Shown: positions 36,241-50,229, counted from the whole stretch's first letter. The stretch is DNA of 63,733 bases, filler included, from Octopus bimaculoides (GCF_001194135.2; 6 parts of 5 records of this genome joined end to end with filler, not necessarily neighbours in it); one strand, 5' to 3'. Translations and numbers: made by a program. Notes: a model not told the origin generated them from the sequence alone.

Positions 36241-36852
36241 CCTAAAAGCATATTACTTATGCCTATGCCTTTGCATCCAATTTATTCCTGTCAAACCATC
36301 CCTACATCTCATCTTCCTAACACCTGTCTTTCCATTACTCTTCTAACTACAACAGTATTTACTCAGCTGCTGTAAATTATATGAAAGTAGAACTGCACAT
36401 ATCTTATCTCCCTTTTGTGCAACCAGTTATCCCTCTCCTTGGAACCACTTGCTCTACCATCCATCCTGCATTCTCAATATCATCCCTTAAAACTTTATGC
36501 TCCACTGAATGCTCCTTTCCCCAGAGCATCCTCTCATACCTGCCATTGCTACCCTCCCTTTATCATTACCTTTGTTCATCATACACTATATCCACCCCTA
36601 CATACTTCTGACCTCTATCTATGATACTGTACATCCCTCTCTCATCCAACACTCCACCTCACACATCATATATCTGTGGCTTTATACTGTTGCACATCCC
36701 CACCTTTATGTACTTATCACCTCCTCTTTATTTCAATCCCATTTTCCTTCACCTTCCCCACAAAATGAGAGTCACCATTGAGTGCACCTCTACCTGTGTT
36801 TACCATTCACTACATTCACCTCTGTATCACCGTCTGTCACTCTCCTTTCAAA

Positions 36853-37115
36853 TTCCTGCGGACTTCCATCTTTTCTCTACAATGAAAAGGCAGCTCAAAG
36901 GTCATCATTTTAACACCATTGTTGAGATCAAGAGCAAATCACAGAAGGTCCTTGACTCACAGAAAATTATTTCCAGGCCAGATTCCAGGAGTGGCAGGCA
37001 CACTGGGACCAGGATATTGCTGTGCAAAGTGATTATTTCGAAGGAGGTGATGTTAAAACTTAGGTAAGTAAGCTATTTTTTATTAAACATAATTAGACCA
37101 GGAACATTTTTATAC
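36853..37115 (+). mobile_element. Mariner transposase C-terminus plus right TIR
   Basis: PADFHLFSTMKRQLKGHHF and, after a frameshift, RFQEWQAHWDQDIAVQSDYFEG; ends accaggaacatttttataccacct. Confidence 0.8.
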
Positions 37116-37249
37116 CACCTTTTCCTAGTCTTTGCATGTCCTTAACATTCACAACTCTTATGTCACTATAATGAAGCACTGATCTTCATATACAAGCATC
37201 ATACGGTCTATGTTTCACTCTGAGAGTGCAGCCTTTTGTTACCAATAGA

Positions 37250-37770
37250 ATAATTTGCAGACCTTTATCTAGCAGCTTGTTATTCTAGTAAGTATACTTT
37301 CAAAATATCTTCCTCCACTGTTAATTAGATCACCTAGGTAACTGAAACTATTTACTTCCTCTAAAGATTCTCCCGGGCATTCAAGAAAATCTATTCTGTT
37401 CATAATGTTTACTACTCCAGCACATCTGCCACAGACAAAGTCTACTTTCTCTGTTGACTTTCTTACCCATGATTCCAATGCACCTATTGTGTCCAAAGTT
37501 TGGACTAGGTACACCATATGGAATTTCTACCTACATCTTTTCTACATATCAGTCATTTTTGTGAAAGGAATAGCATCTTGTCTGTTTTTCTGCTTACTAG
37601 AACTTTGTTCTTTTCTAAGTTAATTTAAGCCTTTTGCTTCTACACATGGAATTTTTCTAATTCTGCTACAGATTCAGCTATAAGAACAAGGTCATCAGCA
37701 TAGAGAAGTGCTCACAGGAAACTAATCTTAAGGCCTGGAAGACTTGCTGTACTTATTGTTAACTCTTGTA
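37250..37770 (-). mobile_element. RTE-clade LINE RT fragment
   Basis: LLYADDLVLIAESVAELEKF (YADD), FVCGRC, LEEVNSFSYLGDLI. Confidence 0.85.
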
Positions 37771-37859
37771 CATTGCTTGAGCAGCTATCACCAGTCATTC
37801 ATCTACTCCTAGCTTCCACAGTGACCACCAGATCAGAAAGCAAGGGACTCTGTCTAAGG

Positions 37860-38010
37860 ATTTTTTTCCAGGTCAGCAAATGCCAAGTACAATGGTTTAC
37901 TTTGGATGATGATGAAAGGATTTTTAACAATAATGCAGAATACTATAAGGAGTCTTTTAAAAGAGCTGGTGGTTATTATGACAAAATTAAGTTAATCCCA
38001 GACACTTAGC
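37860..38010 (+). mobile_element. Possible Penelope-like element fragment
   Basis: DERIFNNNAEYYKESFKRAGGYYDKIK resembles the post-RT segment of Penelope-like elements (from memory). Confidence 0.4.
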
Positions 38011-38479
38011 TTAAGCTGGCCCTGAGTAGTTGTAGAGATACTACCAAACCAGAATACTTGGCAGGAATTCCTCAAGCATTTGCCTATCTAAGAATCTTGT
38101 GGATTTCCCCATGGCTGAACAAAGAATACATATAAATATCGTACATAAATGCAAGGTATTGATACAATAGGTATAAATATTACATAGGTTCCACAATCAA
38201 CTATGTGAAACAACTTATTTCTATACAAAAGCACTCCTTCTCCAACCCAAGACTTAGGCTCTCTGCTTCTCTAGATGAATATCACCATAACTTGGACAAT
38301 AACAAGATGAACTAAAGATTGAAATGGTCAGTGCTGGGATACACCACACTGTGCCATGGAAATAGATATCCATGAGGATTAAAAACCAAAGAGAAATTGA
38401 AAATTGTATTAGCTAGCAATAGACACCTTTGCCAGTGGGTGTAACCAGCCCACTTATGAGTAGCCATCATCCATTGGAC

Positions 38480-39012
38480 AATAAACTTTGCTTGCAAAGA
38501 CCTGTTGAGGCAAGTGAAATCAAAATCGCTGACGTGGCCGATGACAGTACCACCTGCCAGTGGAACATTAAAAGCACCATCTGAGCATGATCGTTGCCAG
38601 GGTCACTGACTGGCTCCTGTGCCATGGCATGTAAAAAGCACTATTTGAGCGTGATCGTTGCCAGCATCACCTAACTGTCACATGTGCCGGTGGCACATGA
38701 AAAGACAACATTCGAGCATGGCTGTTGCCAGTGCCACCGAACTGGCTCCCATGCAGGTAGCATGTAAAAAACACCTTTTGAGCATGGTCATTGCCATAAC
38801 TGCCTGACTGGCCCTTGTGCCAGTGGAACGTAAAATCACCCACTACTCTCAGAGTGGTTGGCGTTAGGAAGAACATCCAACTGTAGAAACTTTGCCAGAT
38901 CAGATTGGAGCCTGATGCAGCCTTCTGGCTCCCCAGTCCTCAGTCAAACCATCCAACCCATGCCAGCATCGAACGCAGACATTAAACAACAACAATGATG
39001 ATGATGATGATG
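38480..39012 (+). mobile_element. SINE family C with ~5-6 degenerate ~60-nt internal tandem units
   Basis: Repeating CGTTGCCAG...GACTGGC...GTGGCAYRTAAAAAGCACC...GAGCRTG, then the conserved domain and (GAT)n tail. Confidence 0.85.
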
Positions 39013-39809
39013 ACATATATGTATAGATATTACAGTACCACCCAGACTGTCAGATGCTGTTATACACTGCTGGTTACAGTGCATTCTTTTCCATCTTGAT
39101 ACAAATTGCTTAGCGGAAACTGCACAGGTTCACCTGTTGTCAGTGAACCATATGACCATGTTCAGCTGAGCAGCACTTGTGCATTTGGTACTCTGCAATC
39201 ACATTGCTCACTCTGCTTCATTCTCAGATTATCTCATTCTGAATGATATATATATATATGTATTTGTATGTGTGTGTACATATATATAAACACATATGTA
39301 CATTATATATATACGTATGCATGTGTGTGTGCGTGCATCCACACATTTGTACACATATATCCAAGTAGAGAATTGTTGTATAAATATCAAAGAATAAATC
39401 CACAGTAATTTGGAGCTGAACAAGTTATTAAAATCCAACACATTACACTGCAGTAAATCCAAGTGGAACCAACTGGCATGTAAATACATAATTCATTAAA
39501 ATGATCTTTAAGAGTAACATATTTAACATAATCGATACTTTATTTGGACTCAACAGCTCTTTCATTCAAATAGATATTATCAAATGTATAATTACAATAT
39601 GTATCACAATTATGTAATTATAAATTTGGTGATATTATCTTAATCAAACAGCTGTTAAGCACAATGTATGAAATAAATGTGAAATTTTATGTTTTTTCTG
39701 CTTTTATAATACACACATATAGGCACACATATGCATACATACATTTATACATCATTTGAAAAACAGTCTTTAATGCTGGTGCATGTATCGCATGTTTCAA
39801 CAAATCAGA

Positions 39810-40100
39810 TGCACCAAAGTATTGTGTCAAGATCCAGTGTCTGCTTTCAGTTCAGTTACCTTCTCGAGTCATGCCGACTCGTAAAGGCTGGTTTCTCAGT
39901 TTCCATGGCGTATAAATTCCCAACTGGACATGAAGCCAGTCCATCACAGGATTACTCATTTTTGTCAGCTGAATGGACTGGAGCAACGTGAAATGAAGTG
40001 TTTTGATCAAGAACACAACACACTGCCTGGTCCAGGAATCAAAACCACAATCTTACACTCATGAGTCCAGCACCGTAACCACTAAACCACATGCCTCCAC
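39810..40100 (-). mobile_element. tRNA-derived SINE
   Basis: Minus strand GTGGAGGCATGTGGTTTAGTGGTTACGGTGCTGGACTC...GATTCCTGG head, related to the element at 8915-9101. Confidence 0.6.
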
Positions 40101-40625
40101 AGTGTCTGCTTTGACATGGTTTCTATGGCTAAATGCCTTTCCTAATGCAAACCACTTTATGAAGTATAATAGGTTCTTATTGTGTAGTACCAGCATTAAT
40201 GAGGTCACCAAGCAATTTGCAAGAAATTGGTCCCACATGGGGATGTAGTAGAGAAGGGGGAGGCTTTATAATAGGTGTGGAGAGGATAAAGCATGGAAGA
40301 GGGACAGGAGCAGGTACTTTGCAGTAAAGGAGATACGTTAAATAAGAGTAGGTGGGAGAAACTGAAAAGGAAGATAAAGATGATGGTGACAAGGTGTAAG
40401 GGTATTACTTTCAAGGTACAAGAGGATGAGTACACGAGAAGGGGGACAGAGGATTGGGAAGGATGGGAGAATAAGTGTGTAAGCACATGAAAGGTGAGTG
40501 ACAGATGGTTAGTCACAGGGACAAAAGTGTAAACACAAAATATATATAAATGTTCATCTCTGAGTGGAAACTTAGATGGAAACTGAAAGAAACTCTGTTA
40601 TATATTTGTGTATGTGTGTGCGTGC

Positions 40626-40690
<65 letters not shown>

Positions 40691-41410
40691 TATGTCTGTA
40701 TATGGATGTGTGGGTGTTAGTGTATCTTTGTCTTGACATAGTATGGTATTTATAGATGAGTACTATCATCATACAAGTGATGTCCTTTGTTTATAATCTT
40801 CCAGGAAAACAGGTCCAGCCATGGGAAAATATTACTTTACAAGGAAACAGCTGCAGATTGGCAATAGGAAGGGCATCCAGTCACAGAAAATCTGCCTCAA
40901 TGAATCCTGTCTGACCCATGCAAGAATGGGAAAATGTATGTTAAAATGATGGTGTGTACATGTATTATATATGTGTGTGTGTGTGTACATATAAGTATAC
41001 GTATGAGTATGTGCGCATATATGTGTGTACATATAAGTATACACATGTAAATATGTATGTATATTATACAAATTTACATTATACATATGTATATATTATT
41101 TATATGTATCTATTAAAAGTACATAAATATATTTTAAATATAAGTATATGTATATTGAATATACATACGTATGTGTCTATATTATATACACATACACAGT
41201 ATATTTTAAGTATAAGACATACGATTCATATGCAGTTATATACACACACATATGAACAATATTTTATAAATATAACAAATTCAATATAATTCTTATATAC
41301 GTACATGTATGAATTATATACACACAATATAATATATAGGAAACATAAGACATATAATTTATACACACACACATATACGTGTGTGTATGAATATGTATGT
41401 ATATATATAT

Positions 41411-41453
<43 letters not shown>

Positions 41454-44035
41454 NNNNNNNNNNNNNNNNNNNNNNNNNNNNNNTATATATAAACATGCAG
41501 CCGCAATGAGAGATGACTGTCAATGAACGACGTGGTGCGCTTCATTACAAGACTAAACAGTGAAAAGACAATATCAGATTCCGTCTTTCTTTCCATATCT
41601 ACTATTCTCCAAGACAGTGAATCACGTGAAAAATAGTGAACAGCTTGTATAGCTCATGACTAGTGGAGCACTTAACTATATAATAATGACTTCAGAATAT
41701 TCCATCAGGCAAGAATTAAAGAGAGGGCGACGTCATCTAACATTATCGTCATTAAAATCTATGAATGTTATTGTAATACGATAGCATGTTACTTGACATA
41801 TATTTGTAAGGATGGGAGATGCCGTTGATATGAAGACCACGAAGTATAACTGGTATCAATTTCTGCGAATGATTGCAGTTGTAGCAATAGTGATAATGTT
41901 ACGATAGTTATAGTTCAAACCCCAGGTTAACCTTAAACTGGACAATTCTAACCAAAAAGTGCTCCAACCGCAGTCACACCATATTTTTAGTGGTATGTGG
42001 GACATTATCCAACATATCCCTTTTTTTGTTTGTTTTCTTTTTCTTTTAGTTAAGACGGAAGGTTGTAATTTGGGAGAGATTTGGTTAAGATTTCTAGCAG
42101 ATCGGTCATACGACCACGTAGATTGCCCCCTCGTTGGATCGTATTACGATTCTAACATAAGTATATTTTGGTAGAACATATAGTGGATTACAACGAATCC
42201 AGTAGAATAAAAGGCAAATTTGACATCAGTTTGATTGGATATAGAACCAAAGAGATTAAAAAAATAAAAAAAGGAAATCGTTCTTTAACAATGCACCAAA
42301 ATGTATTTTGACCGTTCTTCCATTCACCAATAGATTTTTAACAAAGGCACAAGACAACAGACACATATTCTTGGGGTGGAGAGTTTTAACTGGCTGAAGT
42401 ATTTTCGCTCCCGCAGAATTTGGCGCAAGATTAGTCGTTAAAGAGAAATAGGACAAGGGACTGCCACAGTGTTTCGTTGCTGTTTTTTTTTAACAGCCTT
42501 ACTAAAATGAATGGCTAAGTTGGCGGCGGTAGGATTTGAGATCAGAAATTAGAAACCTCAAACTATTGAAAAGCAATACAGACTGGGGTTTTCCATTATG
42601 ACGATAACACGGAATAAAGAGAGAATCCTAATTGTATGTCGGGAAGTGAGGCGATAAAAATACCAATAACAAACTCAATCAAATACTATTTAAAAATGGA
42701 ATCGCATAATTTTCTGGGGTAATCATCGTTTTGAGTAAACTAAAAAGGAAGCTAGAATACTAAGGATAGAAGACAAAAAATAAATTACTTTTCAAAATTA
42801 AGGATATTTCTATATTGTCATTGAAGGTGTACTTTTGTTTTGTTCGTTTTAAGCATTTGTATTCTCAAACGTAATGCATTCAGATCTCAAGAGGTTTTCA
42901 ATTAGTAGAAAAAAATATTGTAAAATCAATAACACATACTTCAAGCAGAGCCAGACAATATATCATAAAGCAGTAGTATGCACCACACACGTTTACCACC
43001 TGTCTTTTAAGACATAAAATCCAGAAAGAGGAAAAAGCTGACACAATTTTATCAAAACGCAATTACAATCTGCAATCCATATTCCAAATTGGATTGCAAA
43101 AATAGATGGGAAAAAAATTGTCTACGCTGAGTGAAAAGACAACTTTAAATGCAGTGAATGCGTGTATAAATATATATATAAACTAATAAAACAAACATAT
43201 ACACACTCGGACACACGTTTTTGTGTATGCCTACTGTGTGTGTAAATATATATATATATATATATATATATAAGAATATGGTTATTTTACATTTCAGCTT
43301 TTGTATCAGATAATAAATACAAACATTTAAAAGGTCAAAGAAGGAATGAAATTGGAACGTTAACATCAAAATTGGTCCAAATTTAATCTACTGTCTTAGT
43401 GTTATTCAGTCATAATCTATAAAGGAATTTTTTTGTCCTCCAATATTGTCATTACGAGAAAACCTGTATACGAGATTCCTTAGTCATCCAATTACGGATA
43501 TTCGTTTGCTATAGAGTGATAATGTACTTGTGGGAGTCATCAGTGTGACACAAAAGAATGTGGTCTGTCAAAGACTGCAAGAAGCAGCACTTTAGTGCGC
43601 AAGAAGACCGGCAACATCTCCGACTAACTACCTGGCCTTCTAGTTTAACACAGAAACACCTTACGTATATTTTTCGTAAACACATGAAAGTTACACATTA
43701 CCATAAAGAAAGGTTGGTTTTATTAGTAATAAGTACAAAATCTGATCCTTACGACGAATTTTCGTGCTTCAAGACAAGTGTGAACGCTTACTCCCTTAAT
43801 AAATTGGTTTCTGTCTCCCTTATCCAATCCACACATATTGCTTTCTCTCTCTCTCTTTCTCTTTGTATCTTTCATTAAAAACCATAGGGCAGATGTTAGA
43901 ACAAATGATATTAGCTTTAGCCCCCAAAAGGGGGAACACAGCAATAATATATCGGCTATAGAACTCGGATATACAGAGTCAATGAATAAAGCTGAAAGTA
44001 AACAGAAATATAATAGTGTGTTAAATAGAACTTAC

Positions 44036-44063
44036 TCGTCGTATCAACTTGATGCTCAGCCAT
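44036..44063 (-). CDS. Candidate first coding exon of an unidentified head-to-head gene (MAEHQVDTT)
   Basis: gtaATGG context followed 28 nt later by a perfect GTAAGT donor; no homology recognised. Confidence 0.35.
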
Positions 44064-44102
44064 TACTAATAGAGGAGATATGCTTGTGTACACAACAAAC
44101 TA

Positions 44103-44137
44103 TGACGTCATCAATCTATGCGGTCACAGTACACGTG
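44103..44137. promoter_or_regulatory. Palindromic CRE (TGACGTCA, 44103-44110) and E-box (CACGTG, 44132-44137)
   Basis: Exact motifs in unique sequence ~400 bp upstream of the LRR-gene ATG; function is inferred only. Confidence 0.4.
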
Positions 44138-44527
44138 GCATGTCGTGAAGCAAGTTTGCGTGTAGAAGTTATTTTATCGATTTCTGACGACAATGATGAC
44201 AGCTACTGAGATAGTAGAGCGGTAAATCTAATTATTCGATGCTGACAAAATGAAACTCCTTTACGATTTTAATGAATGCTGCCGATAAAACTTTCATCGA
44301 TGTTAACTGTCAACTCTTCTAATCACTCTGGAAGCAGCCTACCAGAAACTTGATTGTGACTTAAGTCAAACTTCTATCCAACTCTGACGTGAAATACTGG
44401 AGAAATGTATATAGGCTTTGTATGAATATGTAGACGACCGTTTTTGTTGTTTGTTTTTCTGCCGCCTACTCAGTGTCTGGATATCTACCTTATCCTTCTG
44501 ACGAATGTTATTTATGATTTAACAAGC

Positions 44528-44635
44528 ATGGGGAATTACCAAAATCAACAGATACTGCCAGAAGTTAGTTTTGAAGAGAAGGGCAAAGAATTGAATGTAC
44601 GAGGAAAAGTACGATCTATTACCGATTACTTGCAG
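44528..44635 (+). CDS. Probable first coding exon of the LRR gene: MGNYQNQQILPEVSFEEKGKELNVRGKVRSITDYLQ
   Basis: agcATGG start, CAG|gtaagt donor, 108 nt phase 0, compatible with the exon at 53601. Confidence 0.65.
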
Positions 44636-44818
44636 GTAAGTCGTTAATAGTTTCTGTTGACAGTCATTCATTTGAGAAACGCATCACTTTTATACTGGAG
44701 TTTAGATTTTTGTGACATTTTGACAAAGCATCTTGATTAGAAAAATATCCGTCCATTTCATAAATAAGAATGTCGGATAACGGTACCGTATTCTCCATAC
44801 AGACATACACATACGTAC

Positions 44819-44856
<38 letters not shown>

Positions 44857-45736
44857 CCGCTGAAATTGGTAAGAGGAAAATCTCGAACCAAGAACCCAGC
44901 CCGAATGCTTGCAGCTGAGTGAACTCTATTAAAGGCGCCCAGATTGTCATAACTGGGCGACAATTTCTGTCTACCACCCAAGTAGGTCATTTTGGGATTC
45001 CAACAGTGGAAGTAAAAAGTCGGAAAAAGGCATCCTGTCCGACTTTCTTATAATTACGCGAACCCACCAACCTGCATTGGTTCCTTTTCATCGCCCTCGA
45101 AAGAAAAACGAAAGTTAACCTCGACGGGGATTTGAAGTGAGCGCGCAGGGGCCAGAAACTAAACAGATGTAATTGTGAAATTTATCTCTCTTTTCTTGTT
45201 TTGTAACTAACAACACAGCTGTCTACAGTGACACAGATTGAATTAAATTAACCTATTTGAGTTTGTATTCGTCGATGCCTATACACTCACATTCGAAAGT
45301 ATTTCATAACCTTCGAATTTTCATCGATACCTGTAACCTATCGGGTTTAAAATATGGTTTAGCTCATTTGAGTGGGTGTTCGCACTAGTAATTAGTTTAT
45401 TATTTTTTCTTTTTGTTTTTCACATTCTGTATACATTTTTTTTAAAGTCGGTTTCCTTTGTTTTAAGATGTCTGTCTTTTTAAAAACGTTCTTCAACTTT
45501 TCTTCGAGCTACATTTGTCTTCTTTTGTGATTGTGAACAAGTATTACAGCCCAAGGCTGTAATAGGAGACACTTGCCCAAGGTGCACGCAGTGGGACTGA
45601 ACTCGGAAGGAAATTTCGGTCAAACTAAAGGGTTTGACCCGGTGGGAAATAAAAAAAAATAAAATATTCTAATAGGTGTAAAACAACTTGCTGCGAACGA
45701 ATATGAAGAAAAAACGCGCGCTCGCGAACACACACC

Positions 45737-46186
45737 CAGGGCCGGATTAATACCAATAGAGGCCCTAAGCACTTAGAAAGTTTTGGTGCCCTCAAGTATA
45801 TGTAATTGGCTCAAAATGTAAACAAAAATATTTCAAAATATAAACGATAATAAACCATAAAATGAAGTTTTAATTTTCAAAATGAAACAAAATTCACAGT
45901 AAGATGGAAAATAATGTCTATTTTCGTATGCTTCCCTTTTATTTATATTTGAAAAGTTTTCTCGGTTTTTTTTCTTAGTTGCAAAGTGTCCGATGATATC
46001 GTTAAAATTAATTTTACGTAAAACTTCTGCTTCTCTACTTAATAGAGATAAGGCATTACGAATATTATTTTATCAAGTTAAAAGTAATTTCTTTTGTGCC
46101 GTAAACCATTTTCATTTCTGTGGTGCCCCCGTCCCTTGATGCCCTAAGCACGTGCTTATTTTGCTTAATGGGTTAATCCAGCGCTG
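45737..46186. mobile_element. MITE / hAT-like non-autonomous element
   Basis: Imperfect TIRs CAGGGCCGGATTAA and TTAATCCAGCGCTG, subterminal GCCCTAAGCAC at both ends, AT-rich interior; no clean 8-bp TSD. Confidence 0.6.
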
Positions 46187-47284
46187 CACTTAACCACGAC
46201 ATATCAACAAGATCTAGTGTTGATGCTGAAACCTCCCAACTCTCGGTAACATCTGTGTGAGGTAGAAGACACTTATTTTATTGAAGTACTGAATAATCAA
46301 AACTAAGAAGTAATGAGTGGGGCAATCTTTCGGTAAAAGTCTGTGACGTCATGAATGAATGTGACATGGTATTTCATTTGTTGGTCAGAGTTGAATAGTT
46401 AAACACACACTCGCAATGTGTGGGTTTCTCAGACTTAGTCCGATTCATTTGGGGGTTTTCTGCTTGCGCTAAAAGTTTGGATTATGCAGACAAGCAAATA
46501 AATTTCAACAAAACTATAGAACTCGCCATTCTTTATTTTCTTTTTCTAAAACCTCGGAAAATTTTCCAAATTAATATCAGCAAAAGCATTCGACTGACCA
46601 AACCTAAGACTTAAGACCCCCAACTCTTAACCCTAACTCCTAACTGAACTCGAAAAATAAACAACTTTATCCAATAACGTGTATCTAACTGGATTAAAAT
46701 TTATTGAATATTTCTGTATTTTGGACAGTCAAGTATTTGCTGTACGGTGTTCTTGAGTTTGTTTATTACTACAAAATGAAATTGATGTAATATGCTTCTT
46801 CAGATAACATCTTCCAAAACGTTCTGTGCTATTACCGTTTCAAGCTACTCCTTAACTTCATTATAAAGGTCATGAAAATAGAATTCGACTTTAGAAAAGA
46901 TATCTTAAATATCTTTTCTAAAGCTCCAAAAAAAATAAACACAACCATCTTAAATAAACTCAAAACTAATAGAATTTATTTCTTTGTCTTAATTTTTTTT
47001 CTATTAAAAGTTGGCTGTATAGTCAGTTGATTAGCTTTAACACATAAGATACGCGAGAGATACGTTGTTTGATATCAAAACCCTTGTTAACTCGTTCATG
47101 GTGTGTGTTTGGTTTGGTATCTGTAGTAAAAGTCACTAGCCATTCATAAGAAATGATACAAAGAGATTTCTCTACCAAACACTTAATTCAACAAGTGATG
47201 CTTAAACTCAACATCTGGCTTAAGGGAAAGAACTCACCGTCAACTATAAATAGGAAATAGAATCACCTTCATTTGCCTGTGTTA

Positions 47285-47625
47285 AATAATTCGTTTTCCA
47301 ACCACATGGTCCCGAGTTCAGTACCCATGCGTAACACCTTGGATAAGTCTCTTCTTCTACAGCTCCGGATTTGGTTGACAGAAACTGAAAGAAGCCCGTT
47401 GTATATTACATTGTGTAATATGTATGTGTATACCTTTGTGTTGTGTTCATTCCCCACTACCTCTTAACCGATGTAGGTTTGTTTGCGTTGCCGTAACTTC
47501 GCAGTTTAGCAAAAGAGACTGATGCAGTAAATACCAGGCTTAAAATTTAAGTACTGGGGTCGATTTGTTCGACTAAACCCTACATGTCGACGTCCCAGTA
47601 TAACTACATCCCAATGACTGAAAGG
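47285..47625 (+). mobile_element. SINE family B, degenerate full-length copy
   Basis: Head, decayed TA/TG tract and ggggtcgatttgttcgactaaa tail in one piece. Confidence 0.75.
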
Positions 47626-47746
47626 TTTAGAAAAAAAAAGCGGCACTGTCACGGTATTAGCTGTCAGAAGTGAAAGTAGAAAAATCTGACAAGGAACGTT
47701 ACTGCTGGTTTGAGTTGATTCTTTGGCTACTGACTGGCCGGAGCTA

Positions 47747-47785
<39 letters not shown>

Positions 47786-48639
47786 NNNNNNNNNNNNTAT
47801 CACTCGTCCACCTTTGCTTGTTTCCGTAGAATTTAAACAAATGAAGTTCAGTTTAAAGTTTATAAATAAATATATCCATTTTTTACTCTTAACCTTTTAG
47901 CATTTAAACCAGTCATATCCAGTCCAAATATTCTACCTCTTTTATATTCAGCCTGGCCAGATCCAGCCCCCTCACATCTATCTGACAATGTCATTCTCAA
48001 AATATGCAATCACATCATCAAAAGCTATGAGATAGTGCATGATGAACTCAAAAGATTGTGAATGACTGTGTATTACATTTGCCTAAATAATCTGAATACT
48101 AAAGGATTAAGAAAAAGAGATTTGTTGTTTACCCATTCAGCACATACATTCATGCAAGTATGTTCTGATGTCTGCTTTGGCAGATATTAGGCCTTGGAAG
48201 CCCTTCCTAGCACCAGTCACTTCACAGAGTGTAGTGGGTGTTTTTTATGTTGCACCAGTACTGGTGAGGTCACCAAGTACCTGCAAGACAAGTCCTCTCA
48301 ACTGTGTGGAGTATAGAATTGAGGGATAAAAATCTAGGACAGAGAGACAAGAGCAGGTGTCTTGCTGAAGAGGTGAATACATGGCTTGCTCATCTGAAAA
48401 GGGAGAGAGATGTGAAGTCAAGGTACAAAGTGAATATGAGAGACAGAATAGAATAGAGGAACAGAAAGGGTGGATGTCTAGGTAAGGTTGCTATGTGAGA
48501 ATAGTATGACATTTGATTAGAGATAGGGAATGAGTTGGACAGAGAGAATATCAGTTCAGTAGAGGAGAGGTGAAGGAAGGAAATAAGGTAACACAGAAGA
48601 TCGGTGAAAGAATGAGTATTAGAAGAGGAGTTGTGGGGG

Positions 48640-49010
48640 AAAGCTTGACAGAACCTCGATTCTGTTGAGATGGATGGGGTCTCCACAAGCACAACATGTT
48701 GCCGTTCATCTCAGTCCCCCATCATCTCCTCTGAGAGGCTCAACACCTTAAAGTCAGTCTTCACCACTTTGTCCCATGTCTTCCTAGGTTTTCGTCCTCC
48801 ACAGGTTCCTTCCACATTTAGCAAGCAGCACTTTCTTATACAATTGTCCTTGTGCTTCTCCATCACATGACCATACCAGTGCAGTCTTCTCTCCTGCACA
48901 CTGTGTCGGATGCCTCTTATGCCCAATTTTACTCTCCACACATTTGGACTTTGTTGTTCATGTACACTATTATTGCACATCCATCGGAATATGCTAGTTT
49001 CGTTTCTTTC
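48640..49010 (-). mobile_element. RTE-clade LINE 3' end
   Basis: KLGIRGIRHSVQERRLHWYGHV...NVEGTCGGRKPRKTWDKVVKTD. Confidence 0.85.
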
Positions 49011-49769
49011 CAGCCTTCACGTGTCCTCTACATATATATTTATGTATATATGTGTGCATGTATGTATACACTCATTTTATGTTCAATTACCTGAATATAT
49101 ACAGTATATGCATCTACTTGCAATAACCTAGAGGCCTTCAATATCTTATACCTTTTCCTTCATTGAGCTCTCTAGATCACAACTATGTTATAACAGAGTC
49201 CAATCTCAACCACATGTCTCAATAACTCTCTCACACAGATGCACACACACATACACACACCTACTAATATAAATTCATACTAAAACATTCACACAGTGCA
49301 TACATACCTGTTATTATTTATTCCAGCCTATACATGCATATGTACTACATAGACTTCCTAGGGTGTATTTGCACTCACTGAATATTCCTATACACATATA
49401 CATACTCACAGACCTGCATATACCAACTGATTATAAAAGACTTTATTAATTGTCTCTTTATTGAATTCTTTTACTGCTACCTTCTGTTTCAAATGAGTTC
49501 AACCTGACCCAGCTGTCTCCAGTAATAAATCTGTTCTTCTCTCTTACACACAGATGCTTAGCAACTGTTGAACGGGTTGGTGGGCACAGCAAATGGTTTT
49601 ATTTACAAAAATAAAGCATTTAAGAAACCTAGCCAGGAGAACTTCCGCTTTAAATAAATGGGCAATAATCAGTTCCTATTCGATGGTTCTTGTTTTCACT
49701 GCTTTTCATTATGGACATAATGCAGTGCCCACAACAGGATGTTGGTAATCCATTTTACTTTTTTAATAG

Positions 49770-49945
49770 GCACCAACATGGGTGGGTGGTAAGAAGTTTG
49801 CTTCCTAACCACATAGTTCCAGGTTTAGAGTCCTACTGCATGCCATTTTGGGCAAGTGTCTTCAATTATAACCCCAGACTGACCAAATCCTTGTGAGTAA
49901 ATTTAGTAGGCAGGAACTGAAAGAAGCCCATTGAATGTATATACA
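49770..49945 (+). mobile_element. SINE family B head half
   Basis: gtggtaagaagtttgcttcctaaccac...ttttgggcaagtgtc...aaagaagccc then (AT). Confidence 0.7.
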
Positions 49946-50229
49946 TATATATGCTGGAAATCAATGTAGCTGATGTCCAGCATGAACATCTGCAGATCAG
50001 TCATCATTATCGTAGTTTTATTTCTGCTTGTCCATGTTGGCATGGGTTGAACACGTTTTCCAAAATGTTGGTTTACAGCCAGATGACCCTTGACACCTTT
50101 CTGGGCTTGTGAGACTTGTGTGTGCAGGTAGGATATCCTAAGATCAGATGTCCAATTCAAGTGTTTGGAATAGTGAACTGTGCTGAAAGCAACCATAGAT
50201 GAAATAGGGATGTTAAACCAAGTAACAGA

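Noticed and set aside
38480-38830. CRISPR-like periodic ~60-nt repeats
   Set aside because: Units are contiguous and degenerate with no unique spacers, lie inside a dispersed SINE, and have no cas genes nearby.
43838-44209. 123-aa plus-strand ORF upstream of the LRR gene
   Set aside because: It starts at a non-ATG codon in a CT repeat, has no homology or donor, and overlaps putative promoter motifs.
46600-46650. CCTAA-type motif suggesting a telomeric or Helentron repeat
   Set aside because: Too short and degenerate to support.
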